A DNA stretch of 64,000 nucleotides, taken from contig OX597835.1 in NCBI GenBank assembly GCA_951406725.2, forward strand, positions 36,890,001 to 36,954,000, read 5' to 3'. Below are positions 53,488 through 64,000 of the stretch, piece after piece (position 1 is the stretch's first letter; the number at the start of each line of letters is the position of its first letter). A model generated the notes under the pieces. The model searched no databases, had not been told where the DNA came from, and saw only the letters and a list, made by a program, of their open reading frames with translations. The position numbers were made by a program, and so were the translations under genes. The DNA is from Octopus vulgaris. Lineage: Eukaryota.

Positions 53488-55050
53488 TTGGAGAAAGCCT
53501 TTGACAGGGTTCCCCGTTCCCTTATCTGGTGGTCGATGCGGAAACTGGAGATTGAAGAATGGCTAATAAGGGCTGTACAGGCTCTATACAGAGAGGCTGT
53601 CAGCAAGGTTAGGATTGGCAACGAATATAGTGAAGAATTCCGGGTAGAAGTAGGTGTGCACCAGGGCTCAGCCCTCAGTCCCCTTTTATTCATCATAGTC
53701 CTTCAGGCAATAACAGAGGAATTCAAAACGGGATGCCCCTGGGAGCTCCTCTATGACAATGACCTAGCTCTCATAGCAGAATCACTACCGGAACTAGAAG
53801 AGAAATTTCGGGTGTGGAAGCAAGGGTTGGAATCAAAGGGCCTTAGAATAAATGTAGCAAAGACCAAAGTATTAGTAAGCAGCAAGAGGTACTCAGCACA
53901 CACCCCCTCAGGTAGGTGGCCCTGCTCAACCTGTAGGAAAGGTACAGGTAGAAACTCCATAAGATGCACCCAATGTAAGTTATGGACACATAAGAGGTGC
54001 AGCAACATTAAAGGGAAATTAACAGATAAGATAGCTTTCATGTGCGGCAGATGCACAGGGACAATAGACACAACAGACACTCAGAAAACAGATTCCATCA
54101 CACTCCAGGGAGAGAAACTAGAAGTAGTTGATAGTTTCCGCTACCTGGGTGACCAAGTTAGTAGCGGAGGTGGATGCACAGAGAGTATCACCACTAGAAT
54201 ACGAATAGCCTGGGCAAAGTTCAGAAAGCTCCTACCCCTACTGGCAACAAAAGGTCTCTCCCTCAGAGCAAAAGGTAGATTGTATGATGCATGTGTGCGA
54301 ACTGCCATGCTTCACGGTAATGAAACATGGGCTGTGATTGCAGAAGACATGCGTAGACTTGAAAGAAATGAAGCTAGCATGATCCGCTGGATGTGTAGTG
54401 TCAGTGTGCACGCAAGACAGAGTGTAAGCATCCTGAGAGAAATGCTGGATATAAGAAGCATCAGATGTGGTGTGCAAGAGCGATGCTTGCGATGGTATGG
54501 TCATGTGCTGCGGATGGATGAAGAGAGATGTGTGAAGAAGTGCCACTCCCAAACAGTTGAAGGTATCAGGGGGAGAGGTAGACCCAGGAAGACATGGGAT
54601 GAGGTAGTCAAGCATGACCTCAGAGCATTGGGCCTCACTGAGGCAATGGCAAAGGACCGAGATCTCTGGAGATATGCTGTGACTACAAAGACCCGGGCTG
54701 CTTTCTGCAGCAATTCCACATACCCCCTACCCATTCTAAGTACCCCGGATCCCCAAAGTACCCTGGATCCCCAAAGTACCCCGGACCTCGTTGCCCCCGT
54801 GCCGCTGACACGTTAAAAGCTCGAACCGATCGTGACCGATGCCGGACCCTCCGGCCCCTGTGCAGGTGGCACGTAAAAGCACCCAATCCACTCACGGAGT
54901 GGTTGGCGTTAGGAAGGGCATCCAGCCGTAGAAACTCTGCCAGATTCAGACTGGAGCCTGGAGCGGCCCCTGGCTTCCCAGACCCGGTCGAACCGTCCAA
55001 CCCGTGCTAGCACGGAAAGCGGATGTTAAACGATGATGATGATGATGATG

Positions 55051-55052
<2 letters not shown>
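53488..55052 (+). mobile_element. 5'-truncated RTE-clade LINE, copy 1
   Basis: LEKAFD, GVHQGSALSPLLF, catalytic motif mutated to YDND, FRYLG, RGRGRPRKTW; 3' UTR ends (GAT)n; inserted in (TA)n. Confidence 0.93.
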
Positions 55053-55108
<56 letters not shown>

Positions 55109-55152
55109 ATACATAAATATACATACATATACATATATATGTACATACATAC

Positions 55153-55198
<46 letters not shown>

Positions 55199-55200
<2 letters not shown>

Positions 55201-57849
55201 TCAGAAATTTAGGGACATACTCATCAAGAAATTTGATGAGAGGGAAGAGGAGCTTCAGACGTCAGACATAGAAGGTAGCTGGGAATTCCTACGGGACAGC
55301 TTGTTGAGTGCCACAGACCAAGTTTGTGGATGGTGCAAAGTCCCTTCCAGACCTAGAATTACGTGGTGGTGGAATAGTGCAGTAGATAAAGCCATCTGTG
55401 AAAAGAGACGGGCCTGGAAAGCCTGGAAGGATGGGGGCAGCAGGGAACTGTACCAGATAGCAAAAAGGGAGGCTGGGCGGCAGGTATACATTGCCAAAGA
55501 TGTAGCAGAAAAGAAGAAGTTTGCCAATGTCCAGCGTCGCGAGGATCAAAGAGCTGAAGTATTTCGGATTGCCAGACAGTGTGTCAGAGAAAATAGCGAT
55601 GTTATAGGAGAGAAATGTGTCCGCATGGATGATGGGGCACTTGCTTTTACTACTAGTGAAAAGAAAGAGGCTTGGAGAAGCCATTATGAAAGACTGCTAA
55701 ATGAGGAGAATGAATGGGAGGAGGAGAGCCTGCCAAATGTTGACCCAGTAGAGGGACCAGCTACCCGAATAGACAGCTCCCTTGTAGATAAGGCAATTAA
55801 GGATATGAAACCAGGCAAAGCCCCTGGCCTATCAGGAATCACTGCTGAGATGCTTAAAACAGCTGGCTATGTGGGCCATGCCATAGTCACCCGCATTGTA
55901 AACCAGGTAGTTCACAATGGAGCCATACCCAATGACTGGTGCAGCAGTACCATAGTCAACTGCTACAAGGGTAAGGGTGATGCTCTAGATAGAAATAACT
56001 ACAGAGGTATCAAACTGTTGGACCAGGTGATGAAGGTCTCAGAGAAGGTCATAACCAATCTCATTAGGGAGAGAATTTGTTTAGATGAAATGCAGTTCGG
56101 TTTTGTACCAGGTAGAAGCACCACTGATGCTATATTCCTGGTCCGACAACTGCAGGAGAAGTACCTAGCTAAAGATAAACCCCTCTACATAGCTTTTGTA
56201 GACTTGGAGAAAGCCTTTGACAGGGTTCCCGTTCCCTTATCTGGTGGTCGATGCGGAAACTGGAGATTGAAGAATGGCTAATAAGGGCTGTACAGGCTCT
56301 ATACAGAGAGGCTGTTAGCAAGGTTAGGATTGGCAACGAATATAGTGAAGAATTCCGAGTAGAAGTAGGTGTGCACCAGGGCTCAGCCCTCAGTCCCCTT
56401 TTGTTCATCATAGTCCTTCAAGCAATAACAGAGGAATTCAAAACGGGATGCCCCTGGGAGCTCCTCTATGCCGATGACCTAGCTCTCATAGCAGAATCAC
56501 TACCGGAACTAGAAGAGAAATTTCGGGTATGGAAGCAAGGGTTGGAATCAAAGGGCCTTAGAATAAATGTAGCAAAGACCAAAGTATTAGTAAGCAGCAA
56601 GAGGTACTCAACACACATCCCCTCGGGTAGGTGGCCCTGCTCAACCTGTAGGAAAGGTACAGGTAGAAACTCCATAAGATGCACCCAATGTAAGTTATGG
56701 ACACATAAGAGGTGCAGCAACATTAAAGGGAAATTAACAGATAAGATAGCTTTCATGTGCGGCAGATGCACAGGGACAATAGACACAACAGACACTCAGA
56801 AAACAGATTCCATCACACTCCAGGGAGAGAAACTAGAAGTAGTTGATAGTTTCCGCTACCTGGGAGACCAAGTTAGTAGCGGAGGTGGATGCACAGAGAG
56901 TATCACCACTAGAATACGAATAGCCTGGGCAAAGTTCAGAAAGCTCCTACCCCTACTGGCAACAAAAGGCCTCTCCCTCAGAGCAAAAGGTAGATTATAT
57001 GATGCATGTGTGCGAACTGCCATGCTTCACGGTAATGAAACATGGGCTGTGACTGCAGAAGACATGCGTAGACTTGAAAGAAATGAAGCTAGCATGATCC
57101 GCTGGATGTGTAGTGTCAGTGTGCACGCAAAACAGAGTGTAAGTATCCTGAGAGAAATGCTGGATATAAGAAGCATCAGATGTGGTGTGCAAGAGCGACG
57201 CTTGCGATGGTATGGTCATGTGCTGCGGATGGATGAAGAGAGATGTGTGAAGAAGTGCCACTCCCAAACAGTTGAAGGTATCAGGGGGAGAGGTAGACCC
57301 AGGAAGACATGGGATGAGGTGGTCAAGCATGACCTCAGAGCATTGGGCCTCACTGAGGCAATGGCGAAGGACCGAGATCTCTGGAGATATGCTGTGACTA
57401 CAAAGACCCGGGCTGCTTTCTGCAGCAATTCCACATACCCCCTACCCATTCTAAGTACCCCCCTACCCATTCTAAGTACCCCCTACCCATTCTAAGTACC
57501 CCGGATCCCCAAAGTACCCCGGATCCCCAAAGTACCCTGGATCCCCAAAATACCCCGATCCCCAAAGTACCCCGGACCTCGTTGCCCCCGTGCCGCTGAC
57601 ACGTTAAAATGCTCGAATCCGATCGTGACGATGCCGGACCCTCCGGCCCCTGTGCAGGTGGCACGTAAAAAGCACCCAATCCACTCACGGAGTGGTTGGC
57701 GTTAGGAAGGGCATCCAGCCGTAGAAACTCTGCCAGATTCAGACTGGAGCCTGGAGCGGCCCCTGGCTTCCCAGACCCGGTCAAACCGTCCAACCCGTGC
57801 TAGCGCGGAAAGCGGACGTTAAACGATGATGATGATGATGATGATGATG

Positions 57850-57850
<1 letters not shown>
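55199..57850 (+). mobile_element. 5'-truncated RTE-clade LINE, copy 2
   Basis: [40 protein letters not shown] intact; 1 bp deletion frameshift near 56230; endonuclease domain absent; (GAT)n tail. Confidence 0.95.
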
Positions 57851-57883
<33 letters not shown>

Positions 57884-57884
<1 letters not shown>

Positions 57885-58081
57885 ACCGCATGTGTACCGT
57901 TGGCGATTTTTTTTCCTCTGTCTTCCCTTCTCTGGATCTTTCCTTCTCCTATGTTTCCGACGAAGAGCTCCACTCAAAACGTTAAATCCTCCTTCTTTCC
58001 TTCTTTCCTGAGCGTCCAGTAATACTATATTTGTTCCACGTCCTCGTGTTGTTGTGTTTTTTTGTGCTTTCATGTTTGAAT

Positions 58082-58087
<6 letters not shown>
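57884..58087 (+). mobile_element. Second copy of the 46968-47185 pLTR-like element, hammerhead core mutated
   Basis: GTTT-CCGACGA..CTC-AAAAC-GTT-AAAT at 57953-57987 (U4C, G12A). Confidence 0.7.
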
Positions 58088-58124
<37 letters not shown>

Positions 58125-58126
<2 letters not shown>

Positions 58127-58567
58127 GATGGCCGTCCACTCGTGACCGAGGAAGACCATTGCCGACCTTCAGGAACATTGTGCGCTCTAGGACTAACTTA
58201 TATTTTACATTTGTGGCTCCGTTGGTGGCTAATGAGCCCTGCTCTTGACAAGCATACACGACTGCAAACATTGCAGACCAAGCTTTCCCCATTCACTATA
58301 CGAGCCGTGTGCTTTCGCGCAGCTCGCTTAAGTTCTTCATGCTGGATACGTGCTCTCTCAAAAGTGTCGATCCCCTCCTTAACCTGCTTCCTCCATCTGT
58401 GGCGATGACAGGCATTGTTCTCCCAGTTAGTGTCCTGCATATCAAAGGCCTTTAACGAGGACTTAACACCGTCCTTAAATCGCAGCCTTGGTTTCTGCCG
58501 GAGTCTCCTTCCATTCACAAGTTCTCCATAGAGCATCTGCTTAGGAATCCTTCTATCCTCCATTCTA
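58125..58567 (-). mobile_element. 3' end of a different RTE-type (BovB-like) LINE
   Basis: RMEDRRIPKQMLYGEL..G.R...KPRLRFKD..K..LK and C-terminal C2H2 finger CNVCSRVCLSRAGLISHQRSH. Confidence 0.85.
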
Positions 58568-58630
58568 AATTCTAAATATATATATACAAACATACATGCA
58601 TATATATATATACATATACATACATATATG

Positions 58631-58678
<48 letters not shown>

Positions 58679-58690
58679 CATATACATACT

Positions 58691-58721
<31 letters not shown>

Positions 58722-59525
58722 TTACGTCAGGCCTCTTCTGAAACTTTTGGTCGACCGGAGGCTATAGTAGAAAACACTTGCCCAATGTGCTACGCATGGG
58801 ACCGAACCGAGAACCATGTGGTTAGGAAGCAAATTCCTTACCAGACAGCCATGCTTGCACCTAGGTTGATGTAAATTTAATGCGTAAAAATTTTTCTCGA
58901 AAAAATTACTTCCTACACAATTGTTGGGTTTTATTTATGCTTTGTGTGATCAACTTATCCATCCGGAGATTATCCCTTATTTCAGAAGACAAATCTTCAT
59001 GACGTCTAACAGGAAAGATAAGAGGACCGAATGCTGAGGGAGAGAAACATTCGTGTCAATTGGTGAGGGGGGGGGGGACTGTTGTAAGGGAGAGAACTCG
59101 TGTTCGACAATCTGGTTTGTTAGAGAATTAAATTGCGAAGTTCGTGGGAGCAAAATAATCGGGTGAGTAAATACACGCACTCGCACTCACACACACACAC
59201 ACACACATCCACACGTAGCAGATATACAGAATGCTATAGTTAACCCCTCGCCCAACTCCGCACCACCCACTAATCCTTGGGTACCTTTAACAGTTCTCTC
59301 TGCATATGGGTTATGTCCCTTGTCCGAGCCCCTACTTCACTGCAGTCTTAAAAAAAGTAGAGATAGGCGCAGGAGTGGCTGTGTGGTAAGTAGCTTGTTT
59401 ACCAACCACATCGTTCCGGGTTCAGTCCCACTCCGTGGCACCTTGGGCAAGTGTCTTCTACTATAGCCTCGGGCCGACCAAAGCCTTGTGAGTGGATTTG
59501 GTAGACGGAAACTGAAAGAAGCCCG

Positions 59526-60330
59526 TCATCATCATCATCATCATCATCATTTAGCGTCCGTTTTCCATGCTAGCATGGGTTGGACGGTTCAACTGGGGTC
59601 TGGGGAGCCCGAAGGCTGCACCAGGCCAGTCAGATCTGGCAGTGTTTCTACAGCTGGATGCCCTTCCTAACGCCAACCACTCCGAGAGTGTAGTGGGTGA
59701 TTTTATGTGCCACCGACACAGGTGCCAGACGAGGCTGGCGAACGGCCACGCTCGGATGGTGTTTTTATGTGCCACCGACACAGGTGCCAGACGAAGCTGG
59801 CGAACGGCCATGCTCGGATGGTGTTTTTATGTACCACCGACACAGGTGCCAGACAAGGCTAGCAGACGACTACGCTCGGATGGTGTTTTTATGTGCCACC
59901 GACACAGGTGCCAGACGAGGCTGGCGAACGGCCACGCTCGGATGGTGATTTTATGTGCCACCGACACAGGTGCCAGACAAGGCTAGCAGACGACCACGCT
60001 CGGATGGTGTTTTTTTTATGTGCCACCGACACGAGCCAGATTAGGCTGGCGATCGGCCACAATTGGATGGTGATTGTTACGTGCCCACAGCATGGAGGCC
60101 AGTCGGTGCGGTACTGGCTACGGCCACGTTCGGATGGTTTTCTTGTGTGCCACCGGCACTGGTACCACAAAGATACAAATTCCATTGATGTTCATCTATT
60201 TTGATTTTGTTTGATTTTTGATTTGATTTGATTTTCACTTGCCTCAACAGGTCTTCACAAGTGCCACAAGAAGGAAGGTATGCACAGGTGGACTGACTAC
60301 GTCCCAGGTAGGGGCCACGGGTTATGGTCA
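59526..60330 (-). mobile_element. RTE 3'-UTR-derived element with 62 bp tandem array, inserted in a family B SINE (59365-60576)
   Basis: Unit TTTTATGTGCCACCGACACAGGTGCCAGACGAGGCTGGCGAACGGCCACGCTCGGATGGTGT about 6 times; (CAT)n end. Confidence 0.85.
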
Positions 60331-61004
60331 TATATATGTATATATATATATATATGTGTGTGTTTGTGTGTCTGTGTTTGTCCCCCTAGCATTGCTTGAC
60401 AACCGAAACTGGTGTGTTTATGTCCCCGTTACTTAGCGGTTCGGCAAAAGAGACCGATAGAATAAGTACTGGGCTTACAAAAGAATAAGTCCCAGGGTCG
60501 AGTTGCTCGATTAAAGGCGGTGTTCCAGCATGGCCGCAGTCAAATGACTGAAACAAGTAAAAGAGAGTAAAGAGTATGTCTATCTTTTCCATATCAGAAA
60601 TTGCAATTTTGCAAAAATGAAAAAAAAAAAATTTCAATTTCACCCCCACCCCCACCAACATGCTTCTTACAGTAATGTTAAAAATCAACTTACTTGATCA
60701 TTAATTAAATAATGAAGTGAAATTGTACTTATTCATATACCTTTTTAATCAACTTCACTGTATGTTTGTCACTAATTTCTCATGGTAACAAATATTTCTT
60801 TTTATAAAACAATTTTTCTTTGGTATTTAAGTTTATTCAAAAGAAATTAGGAGGGGCGTGGATTGAATTCCAAGAATCTTAGAAAACATCCGATGTCTCC
60901 CACTCTCACCAGATGAAAAACATAACAAACCACCACCCGAAAACACGATATGCAAGAAATAACAGCTAAATGTCTGGAAAATATTTATTATAGAAATCTA
61001 TATA

Positions 61005-61430
61005 TATTGGGTCATCCCATAAATAATGCAGGTTTTTTATACTTCTTTTATTTTCCAAAATTAAGAAAAAACAAAGTTCTTGTTTAATCTAAAATATACT
61101 TTCCTTGATTTTCTACAATGATCTTCCATCTATCTGGTAGACTTGCAAGGCCCCTCTTCCAAAATTCACTTGTCTGTGAAGAAAAATATTCCTCCAATAC
61201 TGTTTTGATCTCGTCTACAGAATTTGTATTTTTTCCGTCCAAATGATTTTGAAAACTGTGGAATAAATGATAATCAGATGAGGCAATGTCCAGTGAATAC
61301 GGTGGGTGGAGCATTGTTTCCCATTCAAACTGCTCCACCCTTTGCAATGTCATCTCGCTGTATGTGACCGAGCATTATCCTGGTGGAAGAACACTTTTTA
61401 TCTTGAAGCCAAAGATGGTCGTTTTTCGAT
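61005..61430 (-). mobile_element. Degenerate mariner 3' fragment
   Basis: HPPYSLDIASSDYHLFHSFQNHL..GLASLPDRWKIIVENQGKY; TIR-like end at about 61005-61030. Confidence 0.8.
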
Positions 61431-61453
61431 GGCCCGCAGGTGTCAATGAATAG

Positions 61454-62420
61454 TTGAATGACCAAATCCAAGCTTCTATGCTAGTTCCTCAACAAGTAGA
61501 CCCACGAACTGAACAGGAGACCAACAAACATATTTCTTGTAAGGATTTTTATGCCTACCATCCACTGGTCTTAGATGGAGAATTTAACCAGCTTCTGTGG
61601 TTCAAGGAGGTGACAAACCAGTTCATGGTGGACATGTATGCAAAGATCAAAACTGAGCGCTTGCTATGCATCTGCATTAACCAGAAGAAATTGAGATCAG
61701 GACAATATATTCATCTGCGGGATGTGCTGAATCATGATAGCAATGCTAAAAACGTGGGTCAGCAGATCATCCTACAGTCAAGTTTCACTGGCTCACCACG
61801 GTACATGCATCAATGTACCCAGGATGCCATGGCCTATGTGTGCAAGTTTAGCCAGCCTGACCTTTCTGTAACATTCACCTCTAATCCACAGTGTAAGAAC
61901 ATTCAGGACTACCTCCTGGCAGGACTGGCAGGTATGATCTTATCGCAAGGGTTTTCCACCAGAAGCAGAAGAAGCTGCTATGGCTGCTAAAAGATAGAAA
62001 AATATTTGGTAATCTTAACACATGGATGTACACCATAGAGTGGTAAAAACGAGGCCTCCCTTACTCTCATACACTTATCTGGTGCAAGGAGAGGATCAGA
62101 CCAGAGAACATTGATCAGAGCATTTCTGCTGAGTTGCCCAATCCAGAGCACGATATGGTGCTGTACAATACCACCAAGGCACAGTTGATATACGGCCCTT
62201 GTGGCAACTTCAACCCTAAGATCCCCTTGCATGGAACACAACAAGTGCATCAAGAGGTTTCCCAGGGAATTTATCCTGGAGACACTCATGGGACATGGTG
62301 GTTGCCCACTCTACAGGTGCCGCAAACCAGAAGATGGTGGACAAACTACTTAGCTCAAACCCAACGGCCATGAGGTGGAAATTGACAACAGGTGGATCAT
62401 GTCCTACAACATAATGTTTT
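61454..62420 (+). pseudogene. Helitron Rep/helicase N-terminal (Rep) remnant
   Basis: QFMVDMYAKIKTERL, NQKKLR, IILQSSFTGSPRYM, DAMAYV, PDLSVTFTSNP, TIEW*KRGLPYSH (HUH region), GPCG, IDNRWI.SYN; frameshifted. Confidence 0.9.
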
Positions 62421-62444
62421 TGTGAATTCTCCCTATATACATAT

Positions 62445-62497
<53 letters not shown>

Positions 62498-62528
62498 TTA
62501 TATTTTATATTATTGGAAAACCTATATA

Positions 62529-62619
62529 AATTGGCTGAAGAGTACTTGGTATCTTAAATCTGCTGTAATATTTACAGCTTTTAATAAAATGTTGTAGTAT
62601 GAAACAATTGTACCAAATT
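62529..62619 (+). ncRNA. Type I hammerhead ribozyme motif with long loop 2
   Basis: AATTGG-CTGAAGA-GTACT..49 nt..AGTAT-GAAAC-AATT-GTA-CCAAATT; palindromic ACAATTGT stem III; element bounded by (TA)n at about 62490 and 62750. Confidence 0.75.
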
Positions 62620-62745
62620 ACTGGAATCATTCTTGTTGCTTATTTTTGATTATAATCACCCCGCAATTTTTTATGGGTAACACCATACAAAATTCTGGTG
62701 CATCTAAATTAAGTACCATATTCATTTGAATCTAAATTGTTGCTG

Positions 62746-62858
<113 letters not shown>

Positions 62859-63188
62859 CTGTGTTTGTCCCCACCACTACTTGACAACTGTGGTTGGTGT
62901 GTTTACATCCCCCATAACTTAGCAGTTTGGCATAAGAGAATGATAGAATGAGTGCCAGGTTTTAAACACGCACACACACACAAAACAAAAATAAGTACTT
63001 GGGTTGATTCGATCGACTAAAAATTCTTTAAGGTGGTGCCCCAGCATGGCCATAATCTAATGACTGAAACAAGTAAAAGATGGAAAAACAGAAAAAAAGG
63101 GACAAAACTTTGCTTACATCCACAGACCACCATCAGCACCACCACCATCCACCCACCAGCACCACCACCAGCACCACCAGCACCACCA

Positions 63189-63592
63189 GTGGAGGCGCAA
63201 TGGCCCAGTGGTTAGGGCAGTAGATTCGCGGTCGGAGGATCACGGTTTCGATTCCAAGACCGGGCGTTGTGTGTGTTTATTGAGCAAAAACACCTAAAGC
63301 TCCACGAGGCTCTGGCAGGTGGTGGTGGCGACCCCTGTTGTACTCTTTCGCTCCAACTTTCTCTCACTCTTTCTTCCTGTTTCTTGTCCCTGACTTCCTA
63401 CACAATCCGCTGAGCCTGGATGCACATTCATCCATCCGTCAATGCTCTTGGTGTCGGGAGATGACATGCTTTCTCTTCAGCGGGTCTTACGAATAGCAAA
63501 GGACCACGTTTCGGACTTCTCCCACTACAGACAATCCTGAGGCGCAATCTTGCGAGCTCTGGGACAAAGACCACTTCGCTCAACAAACAAAC
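63189..63592 (+). mobile_element. Full-length SINE family A, tail variant 3
   Basis: GGAGGCGCAATGGCCCAGTGGTTAG head, (CAAA)n end. Confidence 0.85.
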
Positions 63593-63729
63593 TTCTCTCT
63601 CCCACCAACACCACTAACAACATCACCACCATCCCCACCTGCACCACCATCACCATCACCACTAACAACACCATCTTACATCATCACCAATACCTCTACA
63701 ACCATCATAATTTTTCCCTTATCCAACAC

Positions 63730-63762
<33 letters not shown>

Positions 63763-64000
63763 TATAACTGATGGAAATGGCAGAGGTGAAGGAAAGATGT
63801 ACGCAGTTGAACAACAGAGATCTATTTCTTGATTTGCAGGCTTTTTGTCGGTTCAATACCTTCTAATGGGAACATTTATTATTAGCTATCCTTTTGTCAA
63901 TTTTCTATCAATAAAACTGTGTGAATATTTTATCCGGTTCTCATAAAAAAACTCGTAATGATTATTAATTTATAGTAATGGTACATAGTAAGAATGGTTC

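Noticed and set aside
53128-54816. 562 aa ORF as a mariner-RT fusion gene
   Set aside because: Chance read-through from a mariner scrap across a microsatellite into a truncated LINE with a dead catalytic motif
59700-60140. 62-63 bp and 17 bp arrays as CRISPR-like
   Set aside because: Head-to-tail units without unique spacers, no cas genes, eukaryotic context
61005-62420. Mariner-Helitron chimeric element
   Set aside because: Opposite strands, both degraded, no shared termini; simple adjacency or a deletion junction suffices

Overview
AT-rich, microsatellite-saturated animal genomic DNA. The repeat landscape of (TA)n/(CAT)n runs, RTE LINE 3' ends and tRNA-derived SINEs strongly suggests a coleoid cephalopod, most likely Octopus (inference, no search run). 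Only one host gene is supported: a single-coding-exon class A GPCR of the neuropeptide Y/F receptor type (18276-19310, +), with a splice acceptor just upstream and an unusually short C-tail. The rest is transposon-derived: a full-length decayed mariner, a decayed Tc1, mariner scraps, two tandem 5'-truncated RTE LINEs with a PHD-like finger inside the RT, other RTE remnants, a Helitron Rep remnant, three non-autonomous Helitrons, TTAA (piggyBac-type) MITEs, at least four SINE families and several minisatellites. The most notable signal is invisible in the ORF track: six type I hammerhead ribozyme motifs from about four short element families sitting in (TA)n runs (Penelope pseudo-LTR/retrozyme-like), three with an intact catalytic core. 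Long near-perfect hairpins share the same (AT)n..AGGG element terminus. Coordinates of degraded repeats are approximate.
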